DNA from: Cenarchaeum sp.
GTDB lineage: Archaea; Thermoproteota; Nitrososphaeria; Nitrososphaerales; Nitrosopumilaceae
Direction: 5' to 3'
DNA length: 32,000 bases
NCBI GenBank assembly: GCA_963692915.1
Contig: OY843584.1
Coordinates: 1,248,000 to 1,279,999 of the forward strand
This document shows positions 23,565 through 30,350 of this stretch, piece by piece (positions within the stretch are counted from its first letter, which is position 1; the number at the start of each line of letters is the position of its first letter). The translations under genes were made by a program, and so were the position numbers. The notes beneath the pieces are model-generated. The model ran no database searches, was not told the DNA's origin, and saw only the letters and a list, made by a program, of their open reading frames with translations.

Positions 23565-24655
23565 GACGCGCCACGTCCCATGACGTCACCGAGGGCCACG
23601 CCGAGCTCGCCGAGCCCGTCATGCGAGAGCGCCGAGACGCGAACCGCCCTTGCGTCCTCGAGTCCGAGGGCCACCTCGAGATCGCCGAGCGTGTCATCAT
23701 CGACAAGGTCGGTCTTGTTTAGCGCGACGACCACTCGCGCCGGCTGCACGTCGAGCTCGCCGAGCGTGCGCCGGCATGTTGAGAGCTTGGAGACTGCCAG
23801 GTCTACGGGATCGCTAGCATCAACGACGAGTATGATCGCGTCTGCATGCGTCATCTCCTCGAGGGTAGACCTGAACGCCTCGATCATGTACGTGGGCAGC
23901 TCGCTGATAAAGCCAACCGTGTCCGAGACGAGGTGGGCCGCCCCGTTGATCTCGGCGCGACGAACCGTCGTGGAGAGCGTCGTGAACGGCTCATCGCTAC
24001 GCAGGCGATCCTCACCGGTCAGCGCGTTAAAGAGCGTCGTCTTGCCGGCTGACGTGTATCCGGCAAGTGATATGGTGCGCAGGCCGAGGCGCTCGCGCGA
24101 CCTTCGGTGGAGCTCGCGTCGGCGTGCTGCACCGCGCAGGCGGGCACGAACCGACTCCATCCTGTGTCGTATGTCATCATAGTACACGTCAACCCCAAAC
24201 TTGCCGATTCCCATGAATCCGGGCTGCTCGCCCATCCTCGCTAGGCGCACGCTCTCCCTTGCGCGCGACATCTCGTAGCGCATCTGCGCAAGTTTCACCT
24301 GCAGGCGAGACTCGTCACTTGACGCACGGAGGCCAAATATCTCCAGTATGAGCGCCTCACGGTCAAGTATGCTCGAGTGAAGGCGCGAGGCGAGGTTGTA
24401 GTTCTGGCTCGGTTTTAGGAGCTCGTCGAGCACGATGACATCAGGGCTCAGGCGGGCGGCGGCCTCCTCGAGGCGCTCGACTGTGCCCTCGCCTATCCCG
24501 TACTTGGCGCGGCGCGTCGGGCCGCGCTGTATCGTCGTGGCCACGCGGTATCCGGCCGCCTCGCACAGGGAGACGGCCTCCTCGGCCCCGTCACCGTGCG
24601 GGCGCGTGACTAGTATCGCAGACCTCTCGTCCATCGTGCCGGCCCGCAGCCCCAC
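23561..24655 (-). CDS. hflX: GTPase HflX
   Basis: An HflX N-terminal domain is followed by G1 GYTSAGKTTLFNALTG, G3 DTVGF and G4 NKTD. Confidence 0.9.
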   Translation of the reverse strand: MGLRAGTMDERSAILVTRPHGDGAEEAVSLCEAAGYRVATTIQRGPTRRAKYGIGEGTVERLEEAAARLSPDVIVLDELLKPSQNYNLASRLHSSILDREALILEIFGLRASSDESRLQVKLAQMRYEMSRARESVRLARMGEQPGFMGIGKFGVDVYYDDIRHRMESVRARLRGAARRRELHRRSRERLGLRTISLAGYTSAGKTTLFNALTGEDRLRSDEPFTTLSTTVRRAEINGAAHLVSDTVGFISELPTYMIEAFRSTLEEMTHADAIILVVDASDPVDLAVSKLSTCRRTLGELDVQPARVVVALNKTDLVDDDTLGDLEVALGLEDARAVRVSALSHDGLGELGVALGDVMGRGAS

Positions 24656-25702
24656 CTAGGCGCCCCCAAGCGAGGTGGCCTTTTCGATGTTCATGTTGAG
24701 AACCGTCTCGGCGATGTCACCGGCGTACTCGGAGACGCGCCGAATGTCCTCGGCAACCCTCCTTGCGCGATAGCCCTCCTCGGTGCGCCCGCGCCGCGTC
24801 AGCTCGAGAACCTCCTTTTCGAGCTGCACGAGTCCGGTCGTGTCGACTGTCTGCTCGGCGAGCGCATAGTTGCCAGTAAAGAGTGCCGTGCACGCGTCAT
24901 CTAGTGCCGAGGAGGCATGCTCGGCCATCGCGCCAAGCTTGGCTGAGAGTGTCGCGCCGATCGCCGACTTGAACTCTAGTGGGTCGCGCGCAATGGCGAC
25001 TGCGTGGTCGCCGGATCGCTCGACGCACTTTACGACAAGGCGGTAGTCGAGGCAGTTGGGCGCGTTGCCTATCCCGAGGTCTCCTAGAACGCCCTCGTCA
25101 TCGACTGCGATCTTTAGCTGCCGTATTATGTAGAATCCAAACCGGTCGACCTCATCATCGGCGCTGATGACCTCGCGCGCAAGTGTTGCGTCATGGGACG
25201 CAACGGCGCTCACGGCGTCAGCTAGCATCGACTTTGAGAGGTGGAGCATGCGCTTGAACGCGCCATTGACCGAGAGAGCAACTGTGTTTACCAGGATCTG
25301 TATCGTGATCCCGTTGCGCGAGTCCGAGATGATCTCGGCACCGACTAGCCTGCGCCGAACTGTGTCCTTTACGGCCGTGCGCTGCGATGGCCCAAAGGCC
25401 GCCGTCCCGCGCACGACGTGTATTATCGCATATCCGCGCAGGTACAGCGAGATGACCTTGCGCACGATCGACGGCGGTGAGGAGCCCTTTTCAACGCTGA
25501 CGGTGACCTCTGATGCGCCGGCGCCGGCCGAGCCGACGGCCCGCTCGTGGGGGAGTGACACGCGCATTGATGATGCCCCCTGCTTTGTGATGACGACCTG
25601 ATCGCCGCTCTTTATGCCCATCTCCTCGGCCCACTGCTTTGGAAGCGAGACGATGTACGACGAGTTTCCCGTAAATTGGATCTTGCGCGTCTCGCCCTTC
25701 AT
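24656..25702 (-). CDS. AbrB/SpoVT-domain plus PhoU-domain regulator (archaeal phosphate-uptake-regulator-like)
   Basis: The N-terminal RKIQFTGNSSYIVSLPKQWAEEMGIKSGDQVVI is the AbrB swapped-hairpin pattern. Two PhoU-like helical repeats follow. The start is set at M47 of the track ORF, 30 nt downstream of the start of a TATA box. Confidence 0.85.
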   Translation of the reverse strand: MKGETRKIQFTGNSSYIVSLPKQWAEEMGIKSGDQVVITKQGASSMRVSLPHERAVGSAGAGASEVTVSVEKGSSPPSIVRKVISLYLRGYAIIHVVRGTAAFGPSQRTAVKDTVRRRLVGAEIISDSRNGITIQILVNTVALSVNGAFKRMLHLSKSMLADAVSAVASHDATLAREVISADDEVDRFGFYIIRQLKIAVDDEGVLGDLGIGNAPNCLDYRLVVKCVERSGDHAVAIARDPLEFKSAIGATLSAKLGAMAEHASSALDDACTALFTGNYALAEQTVDTTGLVQLEKEVLELTRRGRTEEGYRARRVAEDIRRVSEYAGDIAETVLNMNIEKATSLGGA

Positions 25703-25724
25703 CAGGTATATAGGCAGACAGCAC

Positions 25725-25732
25725 TCTATATA
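25725..25732 (-). promoter_or_regulatory. TATA box (TATATAGA on minus strand; contains the palindrome CTATATAG)
   Basis: Starts 30 nt upstream of ATG 25702. Confidence 0.55.
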
Positions 25733-25853
25733 GAGTTTCGAGGAATGGTCAGGGCTCGGCGCGGCTGCGCGCAGGAGATGCTTAATAGCCGGACCGGCTC
25801 GTCTTGTGGTCATTGGCGGTGTGCTTTGTGGCAGTGTCACGTGGTGAGGGCGC

Positions 25854-26744
25854 GTGCGCTACCTAGGCATCTCGCACAAAAAGGGCGTGCGCGCAAGGAC
25901 GGTCAGGATTCGCGCCGCGGGGGAGACTGCCGAGAGCGTGGCGTACACGGGCGATGCGAAAAACCTGCTTGCAATGATCCCTGACAGGTCCATCAAGCTC
26001 ATAGTCACATCACCACCGTACAATCTCGGAAAGGCCTATGAGAAGAGGAGGAGCATCGGGGACTATGTCGCAGGCCAGGAGGCGATGATAGCTGCGTGCG
26101 CCAAAAAGCTTCGACCAAGCGGATCCATCTGCTGGCAGACGGGAAATTATGTAAAGGACGGGCAGATAGAGCCGCTTGACATACTCCTCTATCCGATCTT
26201 TAGGCGGCTTGGGCTGAGGCTTCGGAACCGCATAGTCTGGCACTTTGGCCATGGCCTCCACTGCTCAAAGCGCCTCTCTGGCCGATACGAGACGATACTC
26301 TGGTTCACAAAGACTGACAAGTACACGTTCAGCCTAAACCCCATTCGCGTGCCGGCCAAATACCCCGGCAAAAAGTACATTCACGGAAGCCGCAGAGGCG
26401 AGCTCTCATGCAACCCGCTGGGGAAAAACCCCACTGATGTCTGGGAGATTCCAAACGTAAAGCACAACCACTGCGAAAAGACTGCCCATCCGGCACAGTT
26501 TCCCGTCGAGCTCGTCGAGCGCCTCGTCCTGTCAATGACGAGGAGGGGCGACTATGTCCTCGATCCCTATATGGGTTCAGGCTCGACGGCAGTGGCCGCG
26601 CTAAAGCACGGGAGGAGCTGCGTGGGTGCCGAGATGGACGCAGAATATTCTGCCATATGGCAGGAGAGGATCAGGCTCTTGGAGCGCGGCGAGCTTGCAA
26701 CGAGGCCAATGGGTCGCCCCATATACGGAACCGTCGCGCAATGA
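25854..26744 (+). CDS. Beta-class DNA methyltransferase (N4-cytosine or N6-adenine; SPPY type), solitary
   Basis: Motif IV LIVTSPPYN is followed by motif I LDPYMGSGSTAVAA. A sampled line gives 62% GC (native). The start is uncertain, with several in-frame GTGs. Confidence 0.9.
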   Translation: MRYLGISHKKGVRARTVRIRAAGETAESVAYTGDAKNLLAMIPDRSIKLIVTSPPYNLGKAYEKRRSIGDYVAGQEAMIAACAKKLRPSGSICWQTGNYVKDGQIEPLDILLYPIFRRLGLRLRNRIVWHFGHGLHCSKRLSGRYETILWFTKTDKYTFSLNPIRVPAKYPGKKYIHGSRRGELSCNPLGKNPTDVWEIPNVKHNHCEKTAHPAQFPVELVERLVLSMTRRGDYVLDPYMGSGSTAVAALKHGRSCVGAEMDAEYSAIWQERIRLLERGELATRPMGRPIYGTVAQ

Positions 26745-26753
26745 GCCAGCTCG

Positions 26754-27716
26754 TCATGCCGAGAGATGGCGCCATCCCGAGTTGCGGATCGCAATGTTGC
26801 CCGAGTGGCCTGTTGCGCGCACCCCACGGCCGCGCGTGACGCGGCCTATCTCCAGCAAGTCGATACCAAGACCCGCGGCGCGCCGGCGCAGAGCCGCGCG
26901 CGATGACTGCCGGCACGTAAAGACCGTCTCGTACTCTTCGCCGCCATAGAGCACGAGATCCATTGCATCAAGGCCGTTTCGTGCCGCAAACTCGTCCACT
27001 CCGGCGCCGATGGGCAGCGCGTCGATCTCGAGTCCAACGCGACTCTGCGAGGCGATCTCCCAGAGCGTCGCCGCGAGGCCGTCACTAGAGTCCATCGAGG
27101 ACGTGAACGCCGGCGCGCTGCGCACGCAGAACTCTAGCGGCGGTGTTGGGCGCGCAAGTGCCCTGCGCGCCCTGGCCATAAAGCGCGCAGGGCCGACGAG
27201 GCACCGGCGCGACATCGCCACGACGAGACCCGCTGCAGCGTATCCAAAGGGACCGGTGACCATGACTGCATCACCTGCGCGCGCGCCGCCCCTGCGCGGG
27301 GGGCGTGCTGACGCATCACCTAGCATGCATACCGTGATCGACTCGTCAGCTCCCTCGTTCGTGTCACCGCCGATGACCGAGACGCCAAACTCGGCGGCCG
27401 CCGTGGCCAGGCCCGAGGCGAGCTGCCTCACGCGGGCGCGCGGCGTGGCCGGCCGCAGCGTGACTGAGGCCAGGGCCAGGCGTGGCCTCACCCCCTTTGC
27501 GGCAAAGTCGCTCACGCACGAGACGACTGACTTTCTTGCCGCCTCGCGCGCCGTCATGCCCTGTGGCACGTCCGTGCTGGCAACTAGCGTGTCGACCTTT
27601 GCTGCCAGGCGCGCACCGCCCAGGCGCAAGAGCTCGATGTCATCGCCGCTGCCGCCCAGCGCGAGCGCTCGCCGAAACTCGGCTATGACGCCGGCCTCAT
27701 CAGGAGCCCTGCGCAT
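26754..27716 (-). CDS. thiL: Thiamine-monophosphate kinase (AIR-synthase-related fold)
   Basis: Contains GDDIELL...TDVPQGMTAREAARKSVVSCVSDFAAKG...VIGGDTN...GDAVMVTGPFGYAAAGL. The start is trimmed to ATG 27716, giving a 17-nt overlap with glmM. Confidence 0.8.
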   Translation of the reverse strand: MRRAPDEAGVIAEFRRALALGGSGDDIELLRLGGARLAAKVDTLVASTDVPQGMTAREAARKSVVSCVSDFAAKGVRPRLALASVTLRPATPRARVRQLASGLATAAAEFGVSVIGGDTNEGADESITVCMLGDASARPPRRGGARAGDAVMVTGPFGYAAAGLVVAMSRRCLVGPARFMARARRALARPTPPLEFCVRSAPAFTSSMDSSDGLAATLWEIASQSRVGLEIDALPIGAGVDEFAARNGLDAMDLVLYGGEEYETVFTCRQSSRAALRRRAAGLGIDLLEIGRVTRGRGVRATGHSGNIAIRNSGWRHLSA

Positions 27717-28977
27717 GCCTCTCCACAGCCTCGCTTGCGGCGTGCGCGATCCTGCGCGCACGCTCGGCATTATCAGACTCGACAGAGACGCGCACGGCAT
27801 CCTCGGTGTTTGACCCGCGAACCAGGAGCCATGTCGACTCGTCGTCAGTTCCCCTAAAGCCGCCCAGGCCGCCAGTCTCAGAGAACTCGCCGCGCATCTC
27901 CTCTCTGACAGCCTCGACGATGCGCGCGTGCTCTGGGGCGCGTGCACTAACCTTTTGCCGGATGCGATGGAGGCCCGAGACGCCGGCGATCGCCGCATCG
28001 AGCGTGCCGTCAGCTGACATTGATGCGACTATTGCGCCGGCGATCATCCCGTCCCGGCAAGTGTTGAACTCGGGAATGATCAGTCCGGCGCTGCTGCCCT
28101 CGCCTCCGGCGTCGCACGGAGTCGACTCGATCACGTCAACTACGTTGGCCTCACCGACCATTGTCGGATATACGCTCCCTCCAGCATCGCGCACCATTGC
28201 GCCAACTGCGCCACTAGTGTCCTCGCTTATCGCAAAGTTGCGCATTCCGCGTGCAAGCGACCAGGCGACTCCGGCGGCGAGTGTTGCGTCTGGTGGGCAT
28301 ATTGTGCCATTGCGCGCAATGACTGCACGATCCCCGTCAAGGTCAAGTGCAACTCCCACGTCGCACTTTTGGCTCGCCTCGGCTAGCGCATCCAGGCGCG
28401 CCGATGTGGGATCCGGCCCGCCGCCAGAGACGACGTCTATGACCGTGCAGCCTACGCCCTCGAGGATGCTGCGCGCCGGTGCGGCCGCCGCGCCGCCACC
28501 GGCATCTAGTGCGACACTAGTGCCGGCAGCCACCCTGCCAAGGAGGCCGATCGCCGCAGTTGCGTATGACGCCTCGAGGTCATCCTCGGTGCCCACGCGG
28601 CCGTGGCTTTTGCCGGCGCGCCCTGTTCGTCCCAGGCTCGAGGCGTCGATGCCCCTCCCGCGCAGCGCAAACTTTAGGCCGTTCCACTCCGGCCCGTTGT
28701 GCGATGCCGTGACGGCAACTCCGGCACCGGCGCTGCGCGACTCGTAGAATATGAGCGGCGTTGGCGCAACGCCCAGGTGGAGCACGTCGAGGCCAGAGGC
28801 CATCAGGGCCGCAGACGCGGCACGAGTCAGCATTGGGCCGGACTCGCGCGTGTCCATGCCGAGTGCGCATGACGCGCCGGCGGCCACTGCGCCAAATGAC
28901 TCGCACAGGGCGGCGACCTCGCCGGGACCCATTCCGTCACCAACAATGCCCCTTGCGCCGGACACGCCCACTCTCAT
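27700..28977 (-). CDS. glmM: Phosphohexomutase (phosphoglucosamine mutase / PMM-PGM family)
   Basis: Active-site loop VAVTASHNGPEWNGLKF and metal loop ALDLDGDR are present. The length is 425 aa. Confidence 0.88.
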   Translation of the reverse strand: MRVGVSGARGIVGDGMGPGEVAALCESFGAVAAGASCALGMDTRESGPMLTRAASAALMASGLDVLHLGVAPTPLIFYESRSAGAGVAVTASHNGPEWNGLKFALRGRGIDASSLGRTGRAGKSHGRVGTEDDLEASYATAAIGLLGRVAAGTSVALDAGGGAAAAPARSILEGVGCTVIDVVSGGGPDPTSARLDALAEASQKCDVGVALDLDGDRAVIARNGTICPPDATLAAGVAWSLARGMRNFAISEDTSGAVGAMVRDAGGSVYPTMVGEANVVDVIESTPCDAGGEGSSAGLIIPEFNTCRDGMIAGAIVASMSADGTLDAAIAGVSGLHRIRQKVSARAPEHARIVEAVREEMRGEFSETGGLGGFRGTDDESTWLLVRGSNTEDAVRVSVESDNAERARRIAHAASEAVERHAQGS

Positions 28978-28997
28978 GCGTGGGCAGCCTCAAAGGC

Positions 28998-29007
28998 TTT
29001 TTATTAA
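28998..29007. promoter_or_regulatory. Shared AT-rich box TTTTTATTAA between divergent glmM-thiL (-) and tRNA-Thr (+)
   Basis: On the minus strand, TTAATAAA starts 30 nt upstream of ATG 28977. On the plus strand, TTTTATTA starts 31 nt upstream of the tRNA 5' end at 29030. Confidence 0.5.
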
Positions 29008-29029
29008 CTCTGGTCAGGCACGCGTGTGC

Positions 29030-29103
29030 GCCTCGGTAGCTCAGTCTGGTAGAGCGAGCGCTTCGTAAGCGCTAGGTCGTGGGTTCAGATCCCATTCGGG
29101 GCT
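29030..29103 (+). tRNA. tRNA-Thr (anticodon CGU), CCA not encoded
   Basis: Manual fold: acceptor GCCTCGG/TCGGGGC (two G-U pairs), D arm GCTC-AGTCTGGTA-GAGC, anticodon stem AGCGC/GCGCT with loop TTCGTAA, T arm GTGGG-TTCAGAT-CCCAT. Confidence 0.9.
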
Positions 29104-29281
29104 TTAAAATCAATTCCGGGCGAGGTTATAGTCCTCGATGTCGACCTCGAGCTCTGCGCCGAGATCCTTCCACCATTGTGCTGCCGTATCGCCCATCCTG
29201 ACGCAGGCGCTCAGGCGGGGCCTTTATAGATCTATCGGTGGGTCGCGGATCCGTCCCGTTTTGGCCATGTTTGGCTTTTTT

Positions 29282-29294
29282 GGCCCTGCGATCA
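29282..29294. repeat. Copy A of the dispersed 13-mer (GGCCCTGCGATCA)
   Basis: Has the exact 11-nt core CCCTGCGATCA. It overlaps the stop codon of ORF 29292..29471. Confidence 0.7.
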
Positions 29295-29471
29295 CTCGGT
29301 TTTGGGAGTTCGCCGGCTCCACTTGCGGTACATGATGATCCCCAGTGCCCCCAGAGCGCATGACCAAAAGACCGGCCAGCCGGCCGGATCCCGCTGCGCG
29401 ATCAGGCCCAAGTACGCGTATACTGTCCCTGCGATCAGCCCAAAGCCGAGGAGCTCGAGTGCCTTGCCCAT
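29292..29471 (-). CDS. Small two-TM membrane protein, 59 aa, basic C-terminal tail
   Basis: Hand translation gives MGKALELLGFGLIAGTVYAYLGLIAQRDPAGWPVFWSCALGALGIIMYRKWSRRTPKTE. A TATA box starts 31 nt upstream. The ORF falls just below the track cut-off. Confidence 0.5.
   Translation of the reverse strand: MGKALELLGFGLIAGTVYAYLGLIAQRDPAGWPVFWSCALGALGIIMYRKWSRRTPKTE
29425..29437. repeat. Copy B of the dispersed 13-mer (GTCCCTGCGATCA, exact)
   Basis: Lies inside ORF 29292..29471, where it encodes LIAGT. Confidence 0.7.
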
Positions 29472-29493
29472 GGGGCGCGGGCCAAATCAAAAA

Positions 29494-29502
29494 GATATAT
29501 TG
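29494..29502. promoter_or_regulatory. Single shared TATA box GATATATTG for two divergent mini-genes
   Basis: The ATATAT core is at 29495-29500. ATG 29471 (-) and ATG 29527 (+) lie 31 and 31-33 nt from its edges. The two start codons are only 56 bp apart. Confidence 0.5.
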
Positions 29503-29526
29503 TTTTGGTGCGGCCGCGCGTGCTGT

Positions 29527-29712
29527 ATGGATCGCTACCACATGATAGTCCTCATATTCATGGCCGGCGGGATGGGCATAGCGACGTACAACGCAAACTG
29601 GGTCATGTTCTGGGTCATGGTCGCCGGTGCGGTGGGCATTATCCTCTATAGCTCGTACTCGGAGGGTCGCGAGAGGCGGGCCGAGCGCAGGCGCAAGCGG
29701 CGTGGCCTATAG
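29527..29712 (+). CDS. Small two-TM membrane protein, 61 aa, strongly basic C-terminal tail
   Basis: Sequence: MDRYHMIVLIFMAGGMGIATYNANWVMFWVMVAGAVGIILYSSYSEGRERRAERRRKRRGL. The start is trimmed from track ORF 29302 using the TATA geometry. Confidence 0.55.
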   Translation: MDRYHMIVLIFMAGGMGIATYNANWVMFWVMVAGAVGIILYSSYSEGRERRAERRRKRRGL

Positions 29713-29985
29713 CTCGAGGCCGAATGACTCGGCCATCGAGTGGAACTCGCGGTAGAGCTCGAGGTACTGTATGCCCTTTGGCGTGATCGCAAACGCATGT
29801 CGCCCGTCGCTCTCTATCCTGGCCATGAGGCCGGCGCCGGTGAGGTTGGTCGTCAGCCTTTGGAGTCGCGAGTGCGTAATGTTGGTCTTTATGAGGAGAA
29901 GCGTTGGGGCGATTCCGTCCGAGCCGGACTCCTTGGTCGCGTTGAGCATCGCGGCGATGATCTGCGAGCTGTTGCGATAAGTCAT
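29707..29985 (-). CDS. Small archaeal winged-helix DNA-binding protein, 92 aa (COG3432-like)
   Basis: Sequence: MTYRNSSQIIAAMLNATKESGSDGIAPTLLLIKTNITHSRLQRLTTNLTGAGLMARIESDGRHAFAITPKGIQYLELYREF, which follows the family pattern. The start is set at M87 of the track ORF, 30 nt downstream of the start of a TATA box. Confidence 0.65.
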   Translation of the reverse strand: MTYRNSSQIIAAMLNATKESGSDGIAPTLLLIKTNITHSRLQRLTTNLTGAGLMARIESDGRHAFAITPKGIQYLELYREFHSMAESFGLEL

Positions 29986-30007
29986 TGCCCAGCAGTCGGT
30001 ATAGTAC

Positions 30008-30015
30008 AATATAAC
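30008..30015 (-). promoter_or_regulatory. TATA-like box (GTTATATT on minus strand) for the wHTH gene
   Basis: Starts 30 nt upstream of ATG 29985. Confidence 0.5.
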
Positions 30016-30037
30016 GTTATGCGGGGTTTTGCGGCAT

Positions 30038-30049
30038 GGTCTGCGATCA
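30038..30049. repeat. Copy E of the dispersed repeat (GGTCTGCGATCA variant)
   Basis: Extends to GGTCTGCGATCATTTTGGCC, matching copy D over about 20 nt. Confidence 0.6.
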
Positions 30050-30105
30050 TTTTGGCCTTGTGGGGAAGATCCATGACCGTCAGCACGGGGAGGGCAGGTC
30101 CGAGA

Positions 30106-30118
30106 GTCCCTGCGATCA
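30106..30118. repeat. Copy C of the dispersed 13-mer (GTCCCTGCGATCA, exact)
   Basis: It is preceded by AGA, as copy D is by AGAG. Confidence 0.7.
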
Positions 30119-30135
30119 CCGGATATCTCGCAGAG

Positions 30136-30148
30136 GTCCCTGCGATCA
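30136..30148. repeat. Copy D of the dispersed 13-mer (GTCCCTGCGATCA, exact)
   Basis: Extends to GGTCCCTGCGATCATTTTGGC. Confidence 0.7.
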
Positions 30149-30311
30149 TTTTGGCTGCGCTCATGGTCGAACCCCCGGGATCTAGTGCTGGAACGGGCGG
30201 GGTGTGAGTGCGCCCCTGACGGCGCGGGCACGCACCCCACCACAGTCTAGGCACGCAGGCCATCACCACCATTCGGCCTTGCAAAAGTCGACGAACCCAC
30301 TCGCGCACGCA

Positions 30312-30332
30312 TTTGCGTGTTAATATATGGAA
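30312..30332 (+). promoter_or_regulatory. Promoter module TTTGCGTGTTAATATATGGAA (19/21 identical to the dnaJ promoter)
   Basis: The TATA box TTAATATAT lies at 30320-30328, and ATG 30351 lies 31 nt from its start. It overlaps the inverted repeat CACGCA-TT-TGCGTG at 30306-30319. Confidence 0.55.
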
Positions 30333-30350
30333 TGTCTGCGCGAGGCGGCC

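Noticed and set aside
23502-24182. 226-aa plus-strand ORF opposite hflX
   Set aside because: It is a Ser/Arg-rich antisense shadow of a gene with clear GTPase motifs.
25703-25840. N-terminal extensions of track ORFs (PhoU-like 25703-25840; also dnaJ 17265-17339, thiL 27717-27998, wHTH 29986-30243, SDR 31083-31166)
   Set aside because: The extensions run through TATA boxes or neighbouring genes. They have non-protein-like composition, and homology-type motifs begin only at the internal Met that sits about 30 nt from a TATA box.
27010-28747. Long plus-strand ORFs (267 aa and 313 aa) overlapping thiL and glmM
   Set aside because: They are antisense shadows of clearly identified genes in a high-GC genome. 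Their composition is dominated by Ala/Ser/Arg/Pro, and I recognised no motifs.
29236-29260. tRNA T-arm-like fragment (GTGGGTCGCGGATCCGTCCC) 135 nt downstream of tRNA-Thr, as a possible att-site duplication marking an integrated element
   Set aside because: Only about 13 of 21 positions match the tRNA-Thr 3' half, and one gap is needed. No integrase is present in the window. It is too weak to call.
29282-30148. The 13-mer repeats as a CRISPR array
   Set aside because: The repeats are only 12-13 nt long and irregularly spaced (about 18 to 600 nt apart). Some lie in coding sequence, and there are no cas genes in the window.
30199-30238. GC-rich hairpin (8-bp stem GGGGTGTG/CGCACCCC, 24-nt loop) in the large 29986-30350 spacer, as a possible ncRNA
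   Set aside because: A single modest hairpin in about 65% GC DNA is expected by chance. It has no promoter of its own and no oligo-T terminator.
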